DNA of 64,000 nucleotides from Octopus sinensis (lineage: Eukaryota). The notes beneath the pieces are model-generated. The model was not told the origin of the DNA. It was given only the letters and a program-made list of their open reading frames with translations, and searched no databases. Of the stretch, positions 10,915-23,200 are shown one piece after another (within the stretch, counting starts at the first letter, position 1; the number at the start of each line of letters is the position of its first letter). The stretch is from NCBI RefSeq assembly GCF_006345805.1, contig NC_043018.1, positions 26,846,001-26,910,000 on the forward strand, read 5' to 3'. Made by a program: the position numbers and the translations under genes.

Positions 10915-13900
10915 TTTGCTGTTTATATGTAGAGATATCATCATCATCATCATCATCATTTAATGTCCATTTTCCATGTCAGCATGCATTAGATGGTTTG
11001 GGACTGCTAAGCTTGGAGAGCTGTACCAGGCTCCAGTCGTCTATATTAAAAACGTAACTAGAAATAATTGTAGTGATACAGATAGATGGACAGACAGACA
11101 GAGAGCTAAGTTATTGTTGGCACATTTAATACAAAATAAATATGCAGGTGTGACAGGCAGGTAGACATACAAATATACGAGTAAGCTAGGTATTAACATA
11201 TTTAATATATGGATTTTTATGAAGGTGACTAGAAATAATTATGCAGCAAAACAAAGACATACAGACAGATATATAGAGTTGAGCAAGTGTTGTAATATTT
11301 AATTAAACTGAAGTGTGAGTGTCCATTATCTAACTTGTTGTCTTGTATTAACCCTTTGCCTCTTAACCCTTTCATTACCGCATTTATATTCAGATAATCT
11401 GTGTTTCTTTCAATTATTTTAGATATAACAAAGAATTTAGTAAAATAACTTAGTTATCATTAAGCTAGTGTTAGGAACATAAATTATGACTAAGGTTTGG
11501 TGGAAGATTTTAATTCAAAACTTATGAAAACAAGACATTTGTACTACAGGGCCAGAGGCGGTTTCAGCCGGGTTGGTATCGAAAGGGTTAAAAGCATTTT
11601 CATAAGTGTGTCCTAAATGCCCAACCTTGTTTTCAGACTTTTAAATCTAGTGGTGAGGTAATCCTTGAGAGGATGAGAGCTTAGTGCATGAAGGATCAAA
11701 CTGGTGTGGCTATGTGAGTTTATATCATACATGGTCTAGTCCAGGCCTGGCCAACTTGAATTACGTTGCGGGCCACTTTAATCACAGAAAGTTTTTCAAG
11801 GGCCACTTGTATTCTGACAGAATTGCTTTCTCATGTTATTATTACAATAATGAATGAATGATCATTGATTCAACATAAAATATTTTCGTTGCAAAAACAG
11901 TAATATCTTTCTTTTTTACTTTTCATTATAACCTTTTGATAAGATATTTAAAATGTTTGTTCAAACAAATTCATTTGATAAAAGTTGACCAGGTTTACCA
12001 CCCCTGGTCTAGTCTAATCACTGCCTGCTCTTGGGTAGGTCCTGTGCTTGTGTACTTTCTCCAACACACTTTATATGACCTGGGAGGGTCTGTACTTCCC
12101 CTTACTGCCATTCAGCAGATTACTGGAACTTTGGTTACCATGATTATATTGAGGTGAACACGGGAGTGGTTTCCTGCTGCCCTCACCAGGCAGGTGGGAT
12201 TTGAACTCAGAATGTAGAGAGCTGGAAAATAAACCATAAAGCATTTCTTCCGACATTCTAACAGTTCTGTCTCCCACATGCAGAACAACAATGAAGTGTT
12301 TTGCTCATGAACGCAACACGCCGCCCTGTCTGGGAATCAAACCCACGCTCTAGCAACCATGAGAGTAACACCATAACCACTAGACCATGTACCTTCACAT
12401 CATATATGGTGCAAGTTTCCAGTTCCTGAAACTCAAACTAATACCAATTCTGCTTTTTTTGTTTTTTTACCTTGTTTTATTGTTGTATTTTTCGTTACCT
12501 TTGCATCACATTATTCGGCTATACATTAAAATGCAGCTATCATAATAGTGTCATCATCATCATCACTTAACATCCATTGACCATGCTGGCATGGGTTGGA
12601 CATTCTGACCAGGGCTGGTAAGCTGAAAGGCTGCATCAGACTCCAGTCTGATTTAGCATGGTTTTTATGGCTGGATGCCCATCCTAACACCAACCACTCT
12701 GCGAGTGTAATAGGTGCTTAGTTTTGGTAAAAAAAATTGAAGAATTTAGTAAAATGACTTTGTTGTTATCTATTCAGCTGGTGTTTGGAACATAAATTAA
12801 CATTGAAATTTTGAAGGAAGATTTATTTTAACCCTTTAGCATTTAAACTGGCTGTATCTAGCCAAAATAATCTCCCTGTTTTATTTTCAAACTGACCAGA
12901 TCTGTCCTCTCACACTTCGCTGCCACAACTATGATTTCACTTAGCTTGATGGGTCTTCTTCTCAAGCACATCATTTGTTATTGCGTCTGTGAGGCCCAGC
13001 ATAAGGAAGGTGCTTTTTGCATACCACCGGCATGGGTGTTAGTTACTTGACACCAGCATCAGCCTCACTGCCTCTGTGAGGCCCAACGCTTGAAAGGTGC
13101 TTTTTACGTGCCAAGTTACGTGACATTGACAACAACCACAGATTTCACTTGGCTTGCTGGGTTTGTGGTTATAATGTGGTTATCATCATCATCATCATCA
13201 TTGTTTAACGTCCGCTTTCCATGCTAGCATGGGTTGGATGAATGACTGAGGGCTGGCAAACCAGTTGGCTGCACCAGGCTTCAATCTTGATCTGGCAGAG
13301 TTTCTACAGCTGGATGCCCTTCCTAACGCCAACCACTCCGAGAGTGTAGTGGGTGCTTTTACGTGTCACTGGCATGGGGCCAGTCAGGCGGTACTGGCAA
13401 CGACCTCGCTCGAATCTTTTTACACATGCCACCAGCACAGGTGCCAGTAAGGTGATGCTACTAACGATCACGCTCGAATGGTGTCTTTTACATGCCACTG
13501 GCACAGAGGCCAGATAGCCGCTCTGGCAACGATCACGCTTGGATGGTGCTCTTGATACCCTACTAGCACAGGGCTCGAGTGCCAGTAAGGCGACACTGGT
13601 AACAATCACGCTCAAATGGTGCCAAAAGAAATTGGCTACACATGAAATTCTAACCTGTCACTTTATCCACATCTATTTTACAATTGTCAAAGTCAACTCT
13701 TGACATAAAAGGATTCAACGCATTGCATCATTAAACAGAGACCAAGTGACCACAATGTTTGTGTTTGTGTGACAAGGAAAATGAGAATAATTGATCTCTG
13801 ATGAGGTACTAACAAATACCGAAACTAGAAAGTTTAATCTCTTTTTCTGGCTTCAGAAAGAAAAACCTCTCATTTATTTGTGATGTCTACTTTCTTCTGA

Positions 13901-16448
13901 AAGGCTGAAATTTTACCTTCATGCTTGTAGGTTTACGTTTACCTTGCACTTCTGAACACCTATATATACCTGTCTTTTGTTTTCTGTACACATTTTATCC
14001 ACACATATATATATATATATATATAGTGATACTTTGCATTCATGATGCCTGGTAGCCATAAGTGGTGAATGTGCTCCGCAGACACACAACTTACCCTGAA
14101 ACAAAGTTTGGATACTGCGGGCTTCTTTCAGTTTCCATCTACCAAATCCATTAACAAGGCTCAGGTCAGCCTGAGGTCATTGCAGAAGGCAGTTGCCCAA
14201 GGTGTCATGCAGTGGGACTGAACCTGGAACCATGTAGGTAGGAAGCAAGCCTCTCAACTGCACAGCCCTGCTTACACACACACTCATATATGCTTATACA
14301 TGTATATTGTATCAGGTCATTTTGCAGGCTACGCCTACTAACTCACCTGATTAAAGATACTAAACCATCTGATAAGAGATAACAACGTAGCTGCTTTACA
14401 GTATAAACTGTGTAAATAGTTGCCTCTCAATCTTGCTATTTGCCCTGATTTCTTATCTGTTTATTCTTGATTACAGGGTGGTGGTGGGGTTGGAGGGAAC
14501 AAAAGAAAAACCTCATTTCTGACCCTTCGATAAATACTCTGACCTAAGTTCAGAAGTAGAACGGCCCAAAACATTATCAATAAAATGTACATCTTTTGTT
14601 AATTCTATCTGACTGTCTTTCTCTTATATATATATATATATATATATGTGGAGGCGCAATGGCCCAGCGGTTAGGGCAGCGGACTCATGGTTGTAGGATC
14701 GCGGTTTCGATTCCTAGTCCGGGTGTTGTGAGTGTTTATTGAGCGAAAACACCTAAAGCTCCACGAGGCTCCGGTAGGGGGTGGTGGCGATCCCTGCTGT
14801 ACTCTTTCGCCACAACTTTCTCTCTCCCTTTCTTCTGTTGGCCTGCTCGCTTAGCCAGCGGGGTGGCGTCATTTGAAGGCTAAAACAATGCGAAGCGCAT
14901 TGTGACCAGCAATGTGTAGCAACATCTGATAGCCTGGTCGGTCACGGTGATCACGGTGATATATATATAACAATTGCAGCGTGGAAGGTGTTTATAAGCC
15001 ATTTAAGAAACACACAAAAACCATTAGATTCACTTCAACATTTAAGTTTAATTTGTCAAAATATTTTCGTTGCTTTGAGACCGTGACCTGTTCACTGACA
15101 AAGCTTCGTGTGCAGCACGAGTTTTGGTAAAAATACTTTATGGTAATAATAAATCTCTGAACGAGATATAAACAGTAACTGCACGACAATGTGAGGTATA
15201 CTTGCCATCTCAATATGGCTAACCACTAAGGGTGGGTGTTACTGTAGCTTGTAGCCCCAGGAGATCATCGTCTCCAGCTGGCTTTAGGCACACTTTCTGT
15301 GCACTTATGGTATTTTCAAATATCATAAGGGCACAGTAAGTGTGCCTAAAGCCAGCTGGAGATGATGATCTCCTGGGGCTACAAGCTACAGTAAAACCCA
15401 CCCTTAGTGGTTAGCCATATTGAGATGGCAAGTATACCTTACTTTGTGGTATTTCTCTTGATTCATTACATTCTGAGTTCAGATTCTGGCGTGGTCAACT
15501 TTGCTTTTCATCTTTCTTGGGTCAATGAAATAAGTACGAGTTAAGCTCTGGGGTTGGTGTAATTTATTTCGTCCTTGTACAGGATGGTCAGGATGGTCAT
15601 TCGCCCGTGATATTCGTTGACACTGCATTGAAGGAACCAAAGAACAAAAAGCTAAAGGAAAAAGGAGAAAGAAAAAAAACACACTTAGCACCAGAGCGGA
15701 AGGCACCCCCGAAAAGAGTGGGGTGGGGACCCATCACATTGAAAAATGGTTGAGGAGTAGGGGCTGAAACTGGACGTTGTTCCTCCCGATGATGTCTTTA
15801 GCTACTGGATCCAAAAGAGAAAGAAATAACGTACACAACACCAGAGTTAAAGACACCTCCGAAATAGGTGGGGGCCACCTTGTTGAAAACGGTAGAGGTG
15901 TAGGGGCCGAAACCAGACGAGGTTTCTCCCAATGATGTCTTTAGCTACTGGACCCAAAGAAGGAAGAAATAATGTACACAACACCAGAGCTGAAGACACC
16001 TCCAAAAGAGGTGGGGGCCTCCATGTTGAGAGCAGTAGAGGAGTAGGGGCCGAAAGCAGATATGGTTCCTCCCAATGTTTTTTTTAGTCACTGGATCCTA
16101 TAAAGGAGCTGTTGCAGTAGTGAATCACAAAACATGGTTGGAATTCCTCCTTCCTCACTCAAACTTGCTGGCCTTTTACCAAAATTAGAAAGAAGTATTC
16201 ATATCTGGTATACTATCGTTGATATACAGCTAAATCTACTTTTGTCTGTTGATTGTAATTGTTTTATTGTTGTTGTTGCAGCTCTTGAAGAAATTGTGCC
16301 AAACCTCGACAGTAAAACTATTTTCTATTACTGTGGTTCTGTCAGCAACTCAATCAGTGCTGTCAGCCTCGATCAAGTCTTGGAGAAGGAGAGCACGAAA
16401 GCTCCACCCAGCATCTCAAATTTTAAAGGTAACTAATTTCCCTGTTAT

Positions 16449-16507
<59 letters not shown>

Positions 16508-17565
16508 CTCTCTTTTACTCTGTTACTTGTTTCAGTCATTTGACTGTGGCCATGCTGGAGCACCGCCTTTAGTCAAGCAAATCGACCCCAGAGGACTTAT
16601 TCTTTTCAAGCCTAGTACTTATTCTATCGGTCTCTTTTGCCGAACTGCTAAGAATCCCTCTCAACACATGGCTATGATGCTCCCCCACTACTTCTGCTCG
16701 TGATCAGAGATGCACATATCGTCAGCCACTAAGGGACATAATCAACTGGTTAAGATCAAACAACTGACAAGCAAATCTGTGGTATTGAGCAGAATATTTG
16801 CTGTAGCCCATATTTTATACCTAGGCAAAACAATGTACATGATAGAAGCCATGAGAGCCACTGCCTAGTACTGCATTAGGGCATTTATTATTATCATTAT
16901 TATTATTATCATTATTATTATTATTATTATTAAGGCAATGAGCTGGCAGAATCGTTAGCACACTGGGCAAAATGCTTAGCGGTATTTCCCCCATTGCTAC
17001 ATTCTGAGTTCAAATTCCATTGACTTTGGTTTCCATCCTTTTGGGGTTGATAAATTAAGTACCAGTGAAGCACTGGGGTCGATATAATTGACCTACCTGC
17101 TCCCCAAAAATTTCAGGCCTTGTGCCTACAGTAAAAAGATTATTATTATTATTATTATTGTTATTATTATTATGACAGCAAGCTGGCAGAGTTGTTGGCA
17201 TGCCAGGCAAAACGGTTAGCAGCATATCGTCCATCCTTGCGTTCTGAGTTTGACTTTGCCCTTCATCCTGTTGGGATTGATAAAATAAGTACCTGTTGAG
17301 CACTGAAGTTTATGTAATCGACTTATGCCCTCCATCCCCCCCCCCCAATTCCAGGTGACGAGCTGGCAGAATCATTAGCATGCTGAGCAAAATGCTTTGC
17401 AGTAATTCTCCTGTTGCTACGCTCTGAGTTCAAATTCCACCAAGGTTGACTTTGCCTTTCATCCTTTCGCAGTCGATAGAGTACCAGTGAAACAGTGGGA
17501 TTGATGTAATCGACTAGTCCCCTCCCCCAAAATTTCAGGCCTTGTGCCTTTAGTAGAAAGGATTA

Positions 17566-17599
<34 letters not shown>

Positions 17600-17935
17600 G
17601 GCAGCGTGCTGGCAGAATCGTTAGCATGCCAGGCAAAATGCTTAGCAGCATTTCGTCCGTCCATCTTTATGTCCTGTGTTCAAATTCCACAAAGATTGAC
17701 TTTGCCTTTCATCTTTTCAGAGTTGATAAATTAAGTACCAGTGAAACACTGGGGTTGATGTAATTGACTTATGTCCCCCCCCCCCCCAATTCCAGGTGGC
17801 GAGCTGGCAGAATCATTAGCAAAATGGGCAAAATGCTTTGCAGTAATTCTCCTGTTGCTACGCTCTGAGTTCAAATTCCACCAAGGTTGACCCCTCCCCA
17901 CAAATTTCAATCCTTGTGCCTTCAATAGAAAGGAT

Positions 17936-17968
<33 letters not shown>

Positions 17969-20195
17969 AACTACATGTAAAGTATTTACTCTTCATTGGG
18001 GGGGCTAATCTGTTGTCGTTTTTAATTATTTTCTCCCTCTCTATTTCACCTTCTAATACAGATAAACTAATGTTTATATACACATCTGGGACAACTGGAT
18101 TACCAAAAGCAGCCACAATAACCCATTGCAGGTAGGTGGAACCGAATACTTTGTTTCTTCACTTTCTGTGTCCTCTTCAGTTCTTTTGTGTTGCTCATTG
18201 ACAGGAAGTTGATTTGGTCGTTTGTGTGGTGTGGTGAGCTTAATTCATCACCCTGGCCCTTGGTTGCACTTTAGCAGAGTTGGTCACCCTGTTGCAAACA
18301 TTTGGTATTGGTGTCCTCTCTTCCAGCTTTACCCAGTGTCAGAGGTCTTGTTGTGGGATCATCAGTCACATGCATTGCGCTTCTTCCAGTATTGGACCTA
18401 TTGTAAATTATGCAAGAAAAGAAAAGAAAAGAAAAAGAAGTAAATAAAAAAAATAGTGGTTCGGAAGCTCAGTTTGCAATCGTGGTTCCAAGTTCAATTT
18501 CACCTGATGGCATGTTGGGCTAATGTTTTTTTTTATTTTAGAGCTCCAGATTCACCAATGTTTTGTAAGTGAATTTGTAAATTTGGTTGACAGAAATGCT
18601 GTGGGAGCGCATTGCATGTGTGTGTGTGTGCGCGCATATGTATGTGTGTGTATACGTGCATGTATGAGTGTGTGAATGTATGTGTGTATGCGCTTGTGTG
18701 CATGCATGTGTGGTGTGTGTGCATGTGTGTGTGCTTGTGTGTGTACGTGTGTGCTTGTGTGTGTATGTATGTATGTATGTGTGTGTGTATACGTGCATGT
18801 ATGAGTGTGTGAATATATGTGTGTATGTGTTTGTGTGGATGCATGTATGCATGCATATGTGGTGTGTGTGCTTGTGTGTGTACGTGTGTGTGTGTATATG
18901 TGCGTGTATGAGTGTGTGAATGTATGTGTGTATGCGCTTGTGTGAATGTATGTGTGGGTGTGTGTGTATGTGTATGCGTACTTGTGTGTGTGCTTGTGTA
19001 TGTGCATGCATATGTGCTTTGTTTGTATATGTGCTGTGTGTGTGTGCTTGTGTGTTTGTGTTTGTGCCCCGCCACTGCTTGACAACCAATGTTGGTTTGT
19101 TTACATCCCTTTAGCTTAGTGGTCTGGCCAAAAGAGCCTGATAAAATAAGCAGCAGATTGAAACAAAAACCAAACCAAACCAAACAATATATAATGAGGT
19201 CGACTAAACCCCTTCAATGGAGTGCCCCAGCATGGCCGCAGCCCAATGACTGAAACAAATAAACGATAAAAAAAATGAAAAACTATCCAGGCTCCAAACC
19301 CTTGTAGTAAGAACCTCACAGACAAAACCAGCTGGATCAGAAACTAGCGCTGTGTATGCAGATTTCTTGGGACTCTTTGGAAAAGTCTGTAAATTTGGAC
19401 AAACTGTTTGGTTATGAGGAGAGTAGGAATCTGATGTAGTCGGTAAGAGCAAGGGGTTCTTTTCTCTCTCTCTGTTTCGTTCTCTCTTCCTCTCTCTTTC
19501 TTTCTCTCTCTCTTTTTCTAGCAGCTTTAGGTAACTTGAAATGGTTAACATACCAAAAAATAGATTTCTGTATCAGAAATGGTTGGCGGAGTGGTTGGCT
19601 TTAGGAAGGGCAACCAGCTGTAGAAACACTGTTAGATCAGACTGGAGCCTGGTGCAGCCTCCTGGCTTCCCAGACCCCGGTCGAATCGTCCAACCTGTGC
19701 TAGCATGGAAAACGGACGTTAAACGATGATGATGATGATATTTAAAGCTTATTCTTATTTACCTTTTACTCGTTTCACTCATTGGACTGTGGCAATGCTG
19801 GAGCACCACCTTGGGGATGAGTGGGTGAGGGAATCTTAGTTGTTTTGTTCAGTACTTATTCCTCTCAATCAGTTGTTTTTGCTGAACTGCTAAGTCACAG
19901 TGGTGTAAAGAAACCAACACCAGTTGTCAAGCAATAGTGGGGACAAACACAAAGACACACACACACACTCACGAAAGGCTTCCACACAGTTTCCAGCAAC
20001 CAAATTCACTTATAAGGCATGGGTTGGCCTGGGGCTATCATAGAAGACATTTGCCCGAGGTGCCATGCAGTGGGATTGAACCTAAAACATCATGGTTGCA
20101 AAGTGAGCTTCTTAACCCCAAAACCATGTCTGCACTCCTTTATTTATCTATCTATCTATCTTTTTACGACCCCTTTTGATCGAAAACCTACCCCC

Positions 20196-20226
<31 letters not shown>

Positions 20227-23200
20227 ATTTTTTCTTCTCCCGAAAAAGAAAAGCTCTACCTTGTATTTTGTCCCCCCTGTGTGGCTAATAAAGAAACATA
20301 TCTATCTATTTATCTATCTATCTGTTTAATGTTTTCGTTCTTCCTATTTCATTCAAAGATATTTCTTCATGGCGTACGGCATCAAGCAGTTCCTCCAGGT
20401 GAAAGAGTCCGACATCCTGTACAACACTCTGCCGTTGTACCACTCAGCCGGTGGCATCCTTGGAATCGGTCAAACCTTACTTGGTGGAACGACCTGTGTT
20501 ATTCGCAAGAAGTTCTCTGCCAGTCAGTTTTGGATAGACTGTGTGCACTATGGCTGCACTGTAAGTATATTCCTCCACTTTGACAGTCTTTGATCTCTTT
20601 CTTTGAAATTGTTTGAGATGTCTGGGGATAAGCTGGGCTTTTCTGCTGTGGTACCTTATCCAGGTATGTTTATATGTAAATATGCTCTTGGACGCTGATA
20701 ATGTGGCAAGGTCTGTGGAGCATATACTCTTTACTCTTTTACTTGTTTCAGTCATTTGACTGCAGCCATGCTGGAGCACCACCTTTAATCGAGCAACTCG
20801 AGCAACTCAACCCCGAGACTTATTCTTTGTAAGCCCAGTACTTATTCTATCGGTCTCTTTTGCCGAACCGCTAATTGACGAAGACATAAACACACCAGCA
20901 TTGGTTGTCAAGCAATACTAGGGGGACAAACACAGACACACAAACACACTCGTATGTATATATATATATATATATACACATATATACGATGGGCTTCTTT
21001 CAGTTTCTGTCTACCAAATCCACTCACAAGGCTTTGGTCGGCCCGAGGCTATAGTAGAAGACACTTGCCCAAGGTGCCACGCAGTGGGACTGAACCCGGA
21101 ACCATGTGGTTGGTAAGCAAGCTAATTACCACACAGCCACTCCTGCGCCTATCTAGAAAAAAACTGTAAATATTGGTTTCAAATTCTAGCACAAGGCCAG
21201 CAATTTCAGGAGAGGGAGCAAGTTGATTACCTCGACCCCAGTACTCAGCTGGTACTTATTTTAGCAACCCTGAAAGGACAAAAAGTAAAGTTGACCTTGG
21301 TGGGATTTGAACTCGGAACATAAAGAGATAAAATGCCGCTAAGCATTTTTCCCGGAATGTTTGTGATTCTGCCAGCTCGCTGCCTTCACAAAACTATGTT
21401 GTTGCTGTTGTTTGATCCTTCTCTGGCCATTCCTAGCTCATAAGGGCCAGTTTCCCGGTTTCATTGGCGTACAGGTTCCCCACCTGGCTAGGACGCCAGT
21501 CCATTGCAGGCGAGCTGCTAGATACAGGAGGAAAGAGTGAGAGAAAGTTGTGGCACCAACATGGGTGTTTTTTACATAGCAGAAATATTCATGAGTAAAA
21601 TTCAGATGAAGTAACTGAAAAGACATTCAAGACAATAGTCCAAACAAAGAATACGAACATAAAATGATTTACGTATCTTGTCCAGACCATGTGTTACTAA
21701 GCATAAAGTATGTTGTTTGCAGAATGTGTGTGTATGAATTTGTTCTTCTGTACAAGCAGGTAGATGCTGTGTAATGCTGGCTTGTTTAGATATCTCCCGT
21801 GAAATGCTGTGCACATCTGTCGACAAAGTTCATTGTTAAAGGACAATGTTGAGAGAAGTTAATAGAACACAGTACTGATCTGATAGACTTGGTTGTCCAA
21901 ACGGAAGGAAAACAAACGTAGTAGATTCTGTCACTTTCTGTGAGAACAATTTACTTTCAGAAGTGGTTGGCATTAGGAAAGGCATCCAACCGTAGAAACA
22001 TTGCCAGATCAGACTGGGCCTGGTGCAGCCTTCTGGCTCCCCAGACCCCAGTTGAACCGTCCAACCCATGCTAGCATGGAAAGCGGATGCTAAATGATGA
22101 TGAAGTAGTGGTCTGATTGGCTAGATAGACTTGCCAGGAGAGAATCCGTGTGGTTTCAAGTTCAGTCCCACTGCACGTCACCTTTGGCAAGTGTCTTCTT
22201 TTATAGCCCCGGGGCTTATCAATGCTTTGTGTGTGAATTTGGTAAATTGTGGAAGCCCATCATGTGTGTGTGTGTGTGTGTGGAATGTTATGTGGCCCCT
22301 GGTCTTACAACTTCTTGTCAAGCTATCCAGTCCATGCCAGCTTGGAAAACAGACATCAAATGATGATGATGCATGTGTGTGTGTGTATGCATACATGCAT
22401 GACTATGTCTTTGCCTCCCTCCTGTCACTGCTTGACAACCAGTGTTGGTTTGTTTATATCCCTGTAACTTAGCAGTTCAGCAAAATAGATAAAATAAATA
22501 CTGGGATTGATTTGTTGGACTAAACCCTTCAGAATGGTACCACAGCATGGCCGCAGTCCAATGACTGAAAGACAGAAACAAATAAAAGATAAAGTTGCTT
22601 ATAAGGGTATAGTCCTTTTGTAAAGGGAAAAAGACCTCTTTTGGTCGTGAATGAGCATGGGATTGCATCTAAACAGTTAGTTCCCTTCCGAGACACAAGT
22701 CCAGGCAAGGTTGTTTGTGGAAGACCAGCAGTTGCCCATGCATGCCTACCTTCTCTCTCCATGCTATGAATGTTATCCAAGGGAACGGCAAAGACCGATA
22801 AAGATTGGTACCAGTGATGTCACGACTCATTTCTACAACTGGAGCAACATCAAAATCAAGTTCTTGCTCAAGAACACCACACACAGCCCGGTCCAGGAAT
22901 TGAACACGCATCTTCACATTTGTAAGCTCAATGCTCTAACTACTGAGCTAACCATGCACCTTCACTGTTTTATGGCTGTTTTATAATGTATAAAAAGTGG
23001 AAGCGCAATGGCCCAGTGGTTAGGGCAGTGGACTTGCAGTCATAGGATCACAGTTTCAATTCCCATATCAGGTGTTGTGAGTGTTTATTGAGCAAAAACA
23101 CCTAAAGCTCCACGAGGCTCCGGCAGGAGGTGTTGGTGAACCCTGCTGTACTCCTTCTCTCATTCGTTCTTCCTATTTCTTTTGTATCTGTATTTCAAAG

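Noticed and set aside
14648-14725. tRNA genes at SINE heads (also 26954, 36487, 39111, 62359)
   Set aside because: A and B boxes are present, but they run directly into SINE bodies and no complete cloverleaf could be folded.
18533-19183. Long His/Thr- or Cys/Val-rich ORFs (up to 216 aa), also at 48812-49219
   Set aside because: They are translations of (CA)/(TG) low-complexity repeats, open in several frames at once, with no splice or homology support.
21600-21950. Cys-rich unique segment as a transposase or zinc-finger remnant
   Set aside because: Stops in every frame and no consistent motif spacing.
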